This document shows, in pieces, positions 17,216 through 25,234 of a stretch of DNA of 44,314 nucleotides (position 1 is its first letter; the number at the start of each line of letters is the position of its first letter). The notes under the pieces are model-generated. The model saw only the letters and a list, made by a program, of their open reading frames with translations, was not told the origin of the DNA and did no database searches. Origin of the DNA: a virus (Duplodnaviria; Caudoviricetes); IMG/VR virus record IMGVR_UViG_3300048852_000021, positions 1 to 44,314 of that record; one strand, given 5' to 3'. A program made the translations under genes and the position numbers.

Positions 17216-17743
17216 ATGACCAGCCTGTGGGTGCTGGGTGTCGATCCGGGCCAGAGGGGCGCGCTGGTGATCCTGCGTGCAAGTGACGAGCCTCCGCAGG
17301 TGTGCGGCTGGCTCGACATGCCGCGGGACGGGAAGCACGTCGATGTCGATGTGCTGGGCACCTGGCTGCGCGAGCGCGCGGGTGCCTTGGACGCCGTGGT
17401 GGTCGAGCAGGTGGGCTCGCGGCCGGAGCAGGGCGTCGTGTCGATGTTCACGTTCGGACAGGGCTTGGGCGCTGTGCTGGGCGCGCTGGGGGCATTGGGT
17501 GTGCCGAAGCCGCTGCGCCCTGCACCGAACGCCTGGAAGGCGAGCATGGGTCTGCACGGCGGCAAGGATGGCAAGACGCAGTCGAGGAAGCTGGCGATGC
17601 GCCTGCTGCCTGCGAGCGCGCACCTGTTCGAGCGCGTGAAGGATGATGGGCGCGCAGAGGCTGCTCTCTTGGCGTGGTGGGGTGCATTGCGCGTCATGTC
17701 GCGGAGTTCTTCGCATGCCCAGAAGCTTGCATTAGCAACGTAA
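17216..17743 (+). CDS. RuvC-like Holliday junction resolvase
   Basis: VLGVDPGQRGA, VVVEQV, SMFTFG, P..WK and DDGRAEAALLA motifs. Confidence 0.88.
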   Translation: MTSLWVLGVDPGQRGALVILRASDEPPQVCGWLDMPRDGKHVDVDVLGTWLRERAGALDAVVVEQVGSRPEQGVVSMFTFGQGLGAVLGALGALGVPKPLRPAPNAWKASMGLHGGKDGKTQSRKLAMRLLPASAHLFERVKDDGRAEAALLAWWGALRVMSRSSSHAQKLALAT

Positions 17744-17810
17744 GGACTTGCGTTGAGCGCAGCTAGTTGGCTAGCTACGCGGAGGCTACGTGGCTAACTG
17801 GAGCTAGTGG

Positions 17811-18347
17811 GTGCCGGCGCTTCCCAACCAGAGGCAGGAGCAGTTCGCGGTCTTGGTGGCGCAGGGCGTCAGCCAGACCGAGGCTGCGCGCCAGGTTGGG
17901 TACAAGACGCCGAGCGTCGACGCCTCCCGGAACATGGACAAGCCCAAGATCCGCGCGCGGATCGAGGAGCTTAGGCCGTTGGTAGATCAGCAGATTGTCG
18001 AGCGCATCGCTGATGTCGTGGTGCCTACGCGCGAGTACGTGCTGGGCGAGCTGCGCCAGGTGGCGGAGCGGGCCAAGGCAGCGAATGACCGCGGCGCGTT
18101 GCTGCGTGCGCTGGAGCTGATGGGCAAGGAGATCGGGATGTTCGTCCAGCGCACGATGACGCTGGAGAGCCCGCTTCAGGGTCTGAGCGCCGATCAGCTC
18201 CTCCAGCTGCTGGCCTTCACCGATGCGATGGGGCTGCCGTCGAGGCCTGCTGAAGCGCCCGATGCAGTGCCGCAGCGCCCGATGATCGAGGGCCAGGCTG
18301 TGGATAACCCTGTGAATACCCGAAACGGGGTACAGCCCGATGCCTAA
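17811..18347 (+). CDS. terS: Terminase small subunit
   Basis: RQEQFA...GVSQTEAARQVGY...ASR...IRARIEEL...ALELMGKEIGMF. Confidence 0.85.
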   Translation: MPALPNQRQEQFAVLVAQGVSQTEAARQVGYKTPSVDASRNMDKPKIRARIEELRPLVDQQIVERIADVVVPTREYVLGELRQVAERAKAANDRGALLRALELMGKEIGMFVQRTMTLESPLQGLSADQLLQLLAFTDAMGLPSRPAEAPDAVPQRPMIEGQAVDNPVNTRNGVQPDA

Positions 18348-18609
18348 TCCCTTGGAAACAAAGGGCGACGACTTGATCACAAAGCAAGACACGGGCGCCT
18401 GGGCAGCCTGGCTGGAGCGCACGCTGCGGACCCCCCGCCCCCGGGGGCCGGGGGGCGGGGTGGAGCGGGGACGGTCCCCACTGTCTCAGCGCCCCGGCTT
18501 TCACCCCCCACCCCCGGGTCGTTCGACCCGCGGAACCATAGCTCGAGTTTTTTGGTCGGCCCCCTCCGACGAGGCGCACCGCGCGCCTCGCCATCAGGAG
18601 GATCGAGTT

Positions 18610-19443
18610 ATGGCTGACATTGCACCCGCCGAGGCGGAGGACTGGCTGCAGAGGCAGATGCGCGCGCAGCCGCTGCCCGAGGCAGGGGCTGCCGTCGTGC
18701 GCGGCTTCCCGGCGCCCGGCGAGATCCGCGACGCGGCGGAGAACCTGCGCAAGCTGAACGCCATGGCGGTCGGCGTGGACTGGGCCAAGGCCGAACGTGG
18801 CCCCCCTGCGGGGGAGGCGCAGATGCAGCAGGCGCCGCCGATGCGCGCCTGGTCCGACACGCTGCAGGACTACATCGAGACGCCCCCTGCCAGCGCGCAC
18901 CCGTTCACGCAGGCTGTCGAGCGCATCGCCGCGGTTGCCGAGAAGCGCAAGGAAGCCTTGAACACCCTGCCGCTCCCCAGGACCGCGGCGGATGACATGC
19001 GCGAACAGCGCGACCGCTACCGCGACATCCTGCTGCAGATCGGCGCTCAGGCCGGCATCACCGACATCCACCTGCTGCATCACCTGCCGGGTGCCATCGC
19101 GAAGATGGAGGAGGAACTGCAGCACTGCAGGGACGTTGCCAACGCCCCGGCCAAGGCGTCGCTGACGCCTACCTCCCTGCAGATCGTCGCGAACCTCGCC
19201 AGCGATCTGGCGATGATCGACAAGGCAATCGACATCCTGCAGCGCGGCGTCGCCAACCGCCCCACCGTCACCGTCTATCCCGCGGGCGCCAATGTCGGCC
19301 CCGGCGTCATGGTCGCCATCCCGCCCGAACCGATGCAGAGGTTCCTGAAGGGAGAGCGCAAGACCGTCACCGGCATGCTGTACGACCTGGGCGTCGCGGT
19401 GATCGAGGAGCCCACGCCCGCCGCACCGGAGGGCGCGGCATGA
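18610..19443 (+). CDS. Hypothetical protein
   Basis: AGGAGG RBS before ATG 18610; the upstream in-frame extension is low-complexity G/C tract. Confidence 0.7.
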   Translation: MADIAPAEAEDWLQRQMRAQPLPEAGAAVVRGFPAPGEIRDAAENLRKLNAMAVGVDWAKAERGPPAGEAQMQQAPPMRAWSDTLQDYIETPPASAHPFTQAVERIAAVAEKRKEALNTLPLPRTAADDMREQRDRYRDILLQIGAQAGITDIHLLHHLPGAIAKMEEELQHCRDVANAPAKASLTPTSLQIVANLASDLAMIDKAIDILQRGVANRPTVTVYPAGANVGPGVMVAIPPEPMQRFLKGERKTVTGMLYDLGVAVIEEPTPAAPEGAA

Positions 19444-19778
19444 GGATCGCCCACATCGCGACCCTGGCGCTGCTGCTCGCCGCGCCGGCCGCCGCGCACC
19501 AGGCGCCGGCAGGCTGGTCGTATGACCCGGAGTGCTGCTCCTCCATGGACTGCGCCATGGTCCCTGACGCCGCTGTCCGCGAGGTGCGGGGCGGCTACAG
19601 CGTGACGCTCGCGCCTGGCATGCACCCGATGGTGCCGGTCGGCGTCGCGCCGGTCAGCCACTTCATCGCACACGGCGACAGCCGCATCCGGGTTTCCGGC
19701 GACGAGCACAAGCACGCCTGCGTCAGCCGGTTCTCCGGCCACGTCTACTGCGTCTATGTGCCGCCTGGGGGCGTGTGA
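19440..19778 (+). CDS. Secreted Cys-rich small protein
   Basis: Signal peptide ...APAAA-H; WSYDPECCSSMDC...HAC...YCVYVPP. Confidence 0.75.
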   Translation: MRIAHIATLALLLAAPAAAHQAPAGWSYDPECCSSMDCAMVPDAAVREVRGGYSVTLAPGMHPMVPVGVAPVSHFIAHGDSRIRVSGDEHKHACVSRFSGHVYCVYVPPGGV

Positions 19779-19945
19779 TGGCAGGGAAGCGCAAGGGCAA
19801 GATGCCTGCCACGCGCGGCACCGGCTGGACGAACGCCGGCCTGCAGGCGGAGCTGGACCGGGCGCGGCGGGGTGACACCCGCGGCGTCTCCGGCAACGTC
19901 GTCGCCGCGGTGCGCGGCAAGCCGAAGACGGGCCACAAGCGGTGA
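19778..19945 (+). CDS. 55-aa basic protein (not in ORF track)
   Basis: MAGKRKGKMP...KPKTGHKR*; TGATG and GTGA overlaps on both sides. Confidence 0.6.
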   Translation: MAGKRKGKMPATRGTGWTNAGLQAELDRARRGDTRGVSGNVVAAVRGKPKTGHKR

Positions 19946-20193
19946 GCCGGAAGAGGCGCATCGCTTTCCCGCCGGAGGTGGAGGGTGAGAACGGCTGGAC
20001 CGGCTGGATTCACCCTCTGCCCGGCTACCGCATGGCCTGCTGCGACTGCGGGCTGGTCCACGATGTGGAGCTGCGCGTGGACGCTGCCGGGCGGCCCAAC
20101 TTCCGCGCCAGGCGCAACATGCGCTCCACGGGCCAGCTGCGGCGGCAGATGCTCCGTCGTGGTGAGGGTCTGCTTCGGAAGCCGCAGCCGTGA
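19942..20193 (+). CDS. Small Cys/His-motif protein
   Basis: YRMACCDCGLVHD; coupled to terL. Confidence 0.65.
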   Translation: MSRKRRIAFPPEVEGENGWTGWIHPLPGYRMACCDCGLVHDVELRVDAAGRPNFRARRNMRSTGQLRRQMLRRGEGLLRKPQP

Positions 20194-21632
20194 CCCGCAG
20201 CCGCAGGATCATTGTCCCTCCCGAGATCGCCGCGCTGGCGCCCGCTCTTGCCAACGCGGAGACGATGAGGGCCCTGCGGCGCGAGGCGGAGAAGCTGCTG
20301 GGCGAGAAGCAGCTGGAGCTATATCGCCCCTACTTCAAGCAGGAGGTGTTCCACGCCGCCGGCCTGACGTTCCGCGAGCGCCTGCTGATGGCAGGCAACC
20401 AGCTGGGCAAGACCTACTGCGCGGGCGCCGAGGTTGCCTACCACCTGACCGGCAAATATCCCGAGGGGTGGAAGGGCAGGCGCTTCAGCAAGCCCAACGC
20501 TGGCTGGGCCGCGGGCGTCACCTCCGAGGTGACCCGGGACAGCGTGCAGCGCATCCTTGTGGGGCGCCCGAAGGCCCTGGGCACCGGGCTGATCCCCAAG
20601 GCCGACATCGTCGACACGACCAGCGCCCGCGGCATAGCCGATGCGCTGGATACCGTCACCGTCAAGCACGTCAGCGGCGGTGTCAGCACGGTGGGCTTCA
20701 AGAGCTACAATCAGGAGCGGGAGAAGTTCCAGGCGGAGAGCCTGGATTGGGTCTGGATGGACGAGGAGCCGCCGGAGGACATCTACAGCGAGGCCGTGAC
20801 GCGCACGAACGCCACGGGCGGCATGATAATGATGACGTTCACCCCGCTGCAGGGCATGTCAGAGGTGGTGCGGCTTTTCTATCCTCGCCCCAGCACCTCT
20901 GACCGATTCCTCGTCACCATGACCATCGACGACGCGGAGCACATCTCGCCCGAGATGCGGGCCAAGATCATCGCGTCGTACAAGCCGCATGAGCGCGAGG
21001 CACGCACGCGCGGCATCCCGCAGCTGGGCAGCGGCGCCGTTTTTGCGCTACCCCAGTCGGTCTACACCATCGACGCGTTCCAGATCCCGGCGCACTGGCT
21101 GTTCATCATCGGCATCGACCTGGGGTTCGATCACCCCTTTGGCGCCGTGCTCCTCGCCTATGACCCCGACGCCGATTGCGTCTATGTCATCAACTCCCAC
21201 CGGGCTGCCGGTGAGACGATCATGCAGCATGCGGCGATCCTGAAGGGGTGGGGCGACGGCGTCCCTGTCGCCTGGCCGCACGACGCTGCCAGCCATGACC
21301 GCCAGAGCGCGCAGACCTACGCCGAGCTGTACCGCCGGCATAACCTGAACATGCTGCATGAGCACGCGACGTTCCCCGATGGCGGCTTCGGGCTGGAGGC
21401 GAGCATCGCGGAAGTGCTCGACCGCATGGAGAGCGGCAGGTTCAAGGTGTTCTCGCACCTGGGCGACGTGCTGGAGGAGCTGCGGGATCTCCACCGCAAG
21501 GACGGCAAGGTGGTGAAGGACCGCGACGACCTTGTCTCAGCCATCCGCTACGGCATCATGATGCTGCGCTTTGCTGGCCGGCGCCGGAAGGCGAAGAGGG
21601 GCCCCCTGCGGCGCGGGCTTCGCGTGGTGTAG
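20190..21632 (+). CDS. terL: Terminase large subunit
   Basis: AGNQLGKT Walker A, VWMDEEP Walker B, TFTPL, GIDLGFDHP and DDLVSAIRY nuclease motifs. Confidence 0.97.
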   Translation: MTRSRRIIVPPEIAALAPALANAETMRALRREAEKLLGEKQLELYRPYFKQEVFHAAGLTFRERLLMAGNQLGKTYCAGAEVAYHLTGKYPEGWKGRRFSKPNAGWAAGVTSEVTRDSVQRILVGRPKALGTGLIPKADIVDTTSARGIADALDTVTVKHVSGGVSTVGFKSYNQEREKFQAESLDWVWMDEEPPEDIYSEAVTRTNATGGMIMMTFTPLQGMSEVVRLFYPRPSTSDRFLVTMTIDDAEHISPEMRAKIIASYKPHEREARTRGIPQLGSGAVFALPQSVYTIDAFQIPAHWLFIIGIDLGFDHPFGAVLLAYDPDADCVYVINSHRAAGETIMQHAAILKGWGDGVPVAWPHDAASHDRQSAQTYAELYRRHNLNMLHEHATFPDGGFGLEASIAEVLDRMESGRFKVFSHLGDVLEELRDLHRKDGKVVKDRDDLVSAIRYGIMMLRFAGRRRKAKRGPLRRGLRVV

Positions 21633-21843
21633 AGCCGGCACCCACCGCTGCCTGGCGCTTCGCCTGCTGATCCTTCTCGAACCGGTGCCACTGCATCGCG
21701 ACAATGGCCTCCTTGGCGGCTTCCCTGCAGAGCATGCGCGTTTGCTCTTTGACGCCATCCCAGGACTGCATAGGGCGAAGCCCCCGCAGGATCGCCCGAG
21801 CCGTGTATTCGACCAGCTCTGGGGTCATGTCGGTAACGCTCAT
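21556..21843 (-). CDS. Hypothetical protein antisense to the late operon
   Basis: MSVTDMTPELVEYTARAI...W......C.E.A..AI.AM helical motif; fills the gap between terL and the next plus-strand gene. Confidence 0.55.
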   Translation of the reverse strand: MSVTDMTPELVEYTARAILRGLRPMQSWDGVKEQTRMLCREAAKEAIVAMQWHRFEKDQQAKRQAAVGAGSTPREARAAGGPSSPSGAGQQSAAS

Positions 21844-22025
21844 GGGTGGCACGGTATAGGAATAAGAACCTAAGAGCAATCCATCCAAATCCGCGCAAGA
21901 GCAGCCCGTTTCGACCGCTTCCAGGCCATACGGACACAACATTTAGGGGGTTCCCGCTTCCGCACGGCGCAAGGTATTGTGTCGTGGGTGAAAGTCGGCA
22001 GGGATGCCTGGCAGGGGGAGCCGAG

Positions 22026-22325
22026 ATGGCGCTTGGACGGGATAGCGACGGCCAGCTGGTGCAGGCTTTTGAGCCGGGGCAGGCGCAGTCGGTTACCATT
22101 GGTGCGGCGAGTGCCGACAGCGCCCCGCTGCTGACCGGCACGCGCTTTGTGCGCCTCTGCGCCACGGTCAACTGCCGCATCGCCTTCAACGGCGACGACG
22201 CCACCGCCAATCACATGCTGCTGCCCGCAGGCTCGCCCGAGTATTTCGCGGTGCGCGGCGGCACCACCATCGCGGTGACTCAGGTGTCGGAGGCCGGCTC
22301 GCTCTCCATCATGGAGTGCGACTGA
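22026..22325 (+). CDS. Small beta-rich virion protein, candidate head spike base/decoration
   Basis: 99 aa; VRLCAT...IAF...AT...LLPAGSPEYF; GGGGAG RBS; upstream of portal. Confidence 0.6.
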   Translation: MALGRDSDGQLVQAFEPGQAQSVTIGAASADSAPLLTGTRFVRLCATVNCRIAFNGDDATANHMLLPAGSPEYFAVRGGTTIAVTQVSEAGSLSIMECD

Positions 22326-22673
22326 GTGCTGATCCGCCCCGGCCTGCTCATGAGCCGCAATAGCGCGTCGGGGTCCGTCGAGCGTTCCATTGTGCTCGAC
22401 CCGCCCGATCCTGGCGAGGTGTTCGAGCCGGCACCCGGTGCCGGCGCGCCGTGGACCACCATGGTCACCACCACCGGTATCAGCACCATCAAATGGGTGG
22501 TGGTTACCAGCGGCTTCTCCTGGCGCGGTAGTGGCACCGATGTCCCCACGGATGGGTCTATCGAGATCACGCCGACCTTCGTGGAAACCGGCGATTTCCT
22601 GCTGGTGATGGACGCTGACGACATCGCGTTCCAGATATTCACGCAGGCGGCCACCGTGAGTGTGCAGCCATGA
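22326..22673 (+). CDS. Candidate head fibre; paralogue of a domain in the 30758 protein
   Basis: Shares FEPxPGAGAPWTT, IKWVVV and EITPTFVETGD with 31044-31280. Confidence 0.7.
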   Translation: MLIRPGLLMSRNSASGSVERSIVLDPPDPGEVFEPAPGAGAPWTTMVTTTGISTIKWVVVTSGFSWRGSGTDVPTDGSIEITPTFVETGDFLLVMDADDIAFQIFTQAATVSVQP

Positions 22674-25063
22674 GTGGCACCGCGGATCGTGACGAGGAGG
22701 CCGAGGTGCAGGATCGGGACATTGATCTCGATCTCCAGGCCGCTTGCCGTGCGTCCCTTGACGACGCCGTGGCCTTCAACGACGACTTCCTGGCACCCGA
22801 ACGCGAGAAGGCCCAGGACTACTACAACGGCGAGGTCTACGACGGCGACAAGCCCGAGGAGGCAGAGGACAACGTCGGCCGCAGCAGCATCGTCATGCGT
22901 GAGGTGGCCGACATCATCCACCAGATGATGCCGGGCCTGATGCGGGTTTTCGCCGGCACCGAGAGCGCGGTCCACTACGAGCCGACCGGCCCCGAAGATG
23001 AGGAGATTGCCGAGCAGGCGACCGACTACGTCAAGAAGCTGATCGACAGCAACGGCAACGAGTGGGCGGTCACGTTCCACGACGCGCTGCACGACGCCAT
23101 GCTGAAGAAGATTGGCATCTTCAAGTGGTGGGAGGAGGAAACCCGCCACGTCACCGAAAGCGAATACTCCGGCCTCGACCCCCTGCAGCTTCATCGCCTC
23201 ACCTCCGACCCGGAGGTGCAGGTGCTGGAGCAGGAGCTGGAAGGGGAGGAGCCCGATGTGGGTGGCATGTCGTCGCCCGCTGCACCCGGCCCCGCGCCAG
23301 CTCCCCCTGCCGCGGCGCCGGGTGCGCCCCCCATAGCTCCGCCGGGCGCGCAGCCTGGCGCACAGGCCGCCGGTTCTCCTCCTGGCCAGGTGCCTGTGCC
23401 CGCTGCCCCCTCGCCCGGCGGAGCGCCCGCTCTCGACGCCATGCTGGCGATGGCCCAGGTGCCGCAGTCGGTGCCGTTCTACAGGGTCCGCATCAAGCGC
23501 ACGCGCACGCGCAGCGTGACGCGTATCGCGGCCCTGCCGCCCGAGGAGTTCCTGATTGCGCGCGATGCCCGCAGCATCGCCACCTCCTCCTATGTCGCGC
23601 ACCGCTCGCTGCCGACAGTCTCCGATCTGGTCGCCCGCGGCTATGACCGTGAGCAGGTGGAGCAGTACGCCAAGGCCGACCCGACGTTCGAGATGACGGA
23701 GGAGGAGGAGCAGCGCAACCCCGGCCTGAAGGAGGCCGAGGTCGACATCGGCGTCGACAAGAGCCAGTGGCGCGTGCTGTTCGTCGAGCACTTCATCCGC
23801 TACGACGCTGATGACGACGGAATCGCGGAGCTGCATCGCGTCCGCACGGTCGGCCATGAGTGCGAGATAGTCGAGGACGATGTCGAGCCCGAGGCGCCGT
23901 TCGCTGCCTTCTCGCCGGTTCGCATCCCGCACACCGTCATCGGCTCCAGCATCGCTGACCAGACCAGTGACCTGCAGGATCTCAAGACCAGCATCTTCCG
24001 CGCGACCCTCGACAGCCTGGCACAGAGCATTTTTCCGCGCACCGCGGTGGTGGAGAACGCTGTCAACCTCGACGATGTGCTGAACAACGAGGTTGGCGCC
24101 ATCATCCGCATGCAGATGCAGGGTGCCGTGCAGGTGCTGGCCGAGCCGTTTATCGGCCAGCAGGCGCTGGGAGTGGTCGCATACCTCGACGAGGTGAAGG
24201 CGCAGCGCACGGGCGTTAGCCGTGCCAGCCAGGGCCTCGACCCCGACACCCTGCAGTCGACCACCCGCCTGGCGGTCAACATGACCGCGGAGGCGGCGCA
24301 GGAGCGCGTCGGCCTAATCGCGCGCATGACCGCCGAGGTGGGCGTCAAGGCGCTGTTCAAGGGCCTGCTGCGGCACATCATCCGTCACCAGAACAAGCCG
24401 CGCATGGTGAAGCTGCGCGGCAAGTGGATCGAGATCGACCCGCGCTGGTGGAACGCCGACATGGACGTTCAGGTGAACGTCGGCCTGGGCCGCGGCACCG
24501 ACGAACAGCGCATGCAGTTCCTGAACGCGATTTCAGCAAAGCAGGAGCAGTTCGTCACCACCCTTGGCCCGGCGAACGTGTTCTGCGGGCTTCGCCAGCT
24601 GCGCGCGACCTATGCCGAGATGGTCCGCATCGCTGGCTTCAAGGACGTGAGCCGCTTCTTCGGGGAGATCACCGAGGAGGACGTGAAGGCCTTGCAGCAG
24701 CAGCTGCAGGCTGCCCGCGGTGGCGGAGATCCGAACGCCAGCCTGGCACAGGCCGAGCTGCAGAAGGCCCAGCTCCGTGAAAAGACCGAGCTGGAGAGGC
24801 TGCGGCTGGAAACGTGGAAGGCCCGCCAGGCCGACGACCGCGAGCGTGACCGCATCGAGGCCGACGTGCTGCTTCGCGCCGCGGAGATCCAGGCGAAGTA
24901 CGCGACGCAGGTGGACATTGCCACCATCCGCGGCGCCATCGAACGCGACCGCAACGCGCAGCAGATGCAGCTGCAGGCGCAGCAGGCGCAGCAGGCGGAA
25001 GCCGAGCAGGCACAGGCCCAGGCGGGCCAGGTGCAACCCGAACCCAGTGGAGGGATCAACTGA
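22670..25063 (+). CDS. Portal protein (podoviral type)
   Basis: REKAQDYYNG...GRSSIV..EV...MPGLMRVF, DLQ..KT...R..LD, RTGVS, VNVGLG and a Gln-rich coiled-coil tail. Confidence 0.93.
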   Translation: MSGTADRDEEAEVQDRDIDLDLQAACRASLDDAVAFNDDFLAPEREKAQDYYNGEVYDGDKPEEAEDNVGRSSIVMREVADIIHQMMPGLMRVFAGTESAVHYEPTGPEDEEIAEQATDYVKKLIDSNGNEWAVTFHDALHDAMLKKIGIFKWWEEETRHVTESEYSGLDPLQLHRLTSDPEVQVLEQELEGEEPDVGGMSSPAAPGPAPAPPAAAPGAPPIAPPGAQPGAQAAGSPPGQVPVPAAPSPGGAPALDAMLAMAQVPQSVPFYRVRIKRTRTRSVTRIAALPPEEFLIARDARSIATSSYVAHRSLPTVSDLVARGYDREQVEQYAKADPTFEMTEEEEQRNPGLKEAEVDIGVDKSQWRVLFVEHFIRYDADDDGIAELHRVRTVGHECEIVEDDVEPEAPFAAFSPVRIPHTVIGSSIADQTSDLQDLKTSIFRATLDSLAQSIFPRTAVVENAVNLDDVLNNEVGAIIRMQMQGAVQVLAEPFIGQQALGVVAYLDEVKAQRTGVSRASQGLDPDTLQSTTRLAVNMTAEAAQERVGLIARMTAEVGVKALFKGLLRHIIRHQNKPRMVKLRGKWIEIDPRWWNADMDVQVNVGLGRGTDEQRMQFLNAISAKQEQFVTTLGPANVFCGLRQLRATYAEMVRIAGFKDVSRFFGEITEEDVKALQQQLQAARGGGDPNASLAQAELQKAQLREKTELERLRLETWKARQADDRERDRIEADVLLRAAEIQAKYATQVDIATIRGAIERDRNAQQMQLQAQQAQQAEAEQAQAQAGQVQPEPSGGIN

Positions 25064-25230
25064 TGCTGTCCAACATCGTGCCCGTTCTCGGGCGCTATCT
25101 GCTGGCCGCAGGCGCCGCCGCCAATGCCGGCGTCGAGATGTCCAGCGGCGACCCGATGGAGGCCGCGATTTCGGCCTTCGTGTCGTTCCTTGTGGCTGCC
25201 TTCGCGGCCTACAAGCGCAAGAACGGCTGA
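25063..25230 (+). CDS. 55-aa holin-like membrane protein (not in ORF track)
   Basis: MLSNIVPVLGRYLLAAGAAA...AAISAFVSFLVAAFAAYKRKNG*; two hydrophobic segments and a basic tail. Confidence 0.55.
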   Translation: MLSNIVPVLGRYLLAAGAAANAGVEMSSGDPMEAAISAFVSFLVAAFAAYKRKNG

Positions 25231-25234
25231 CCTA

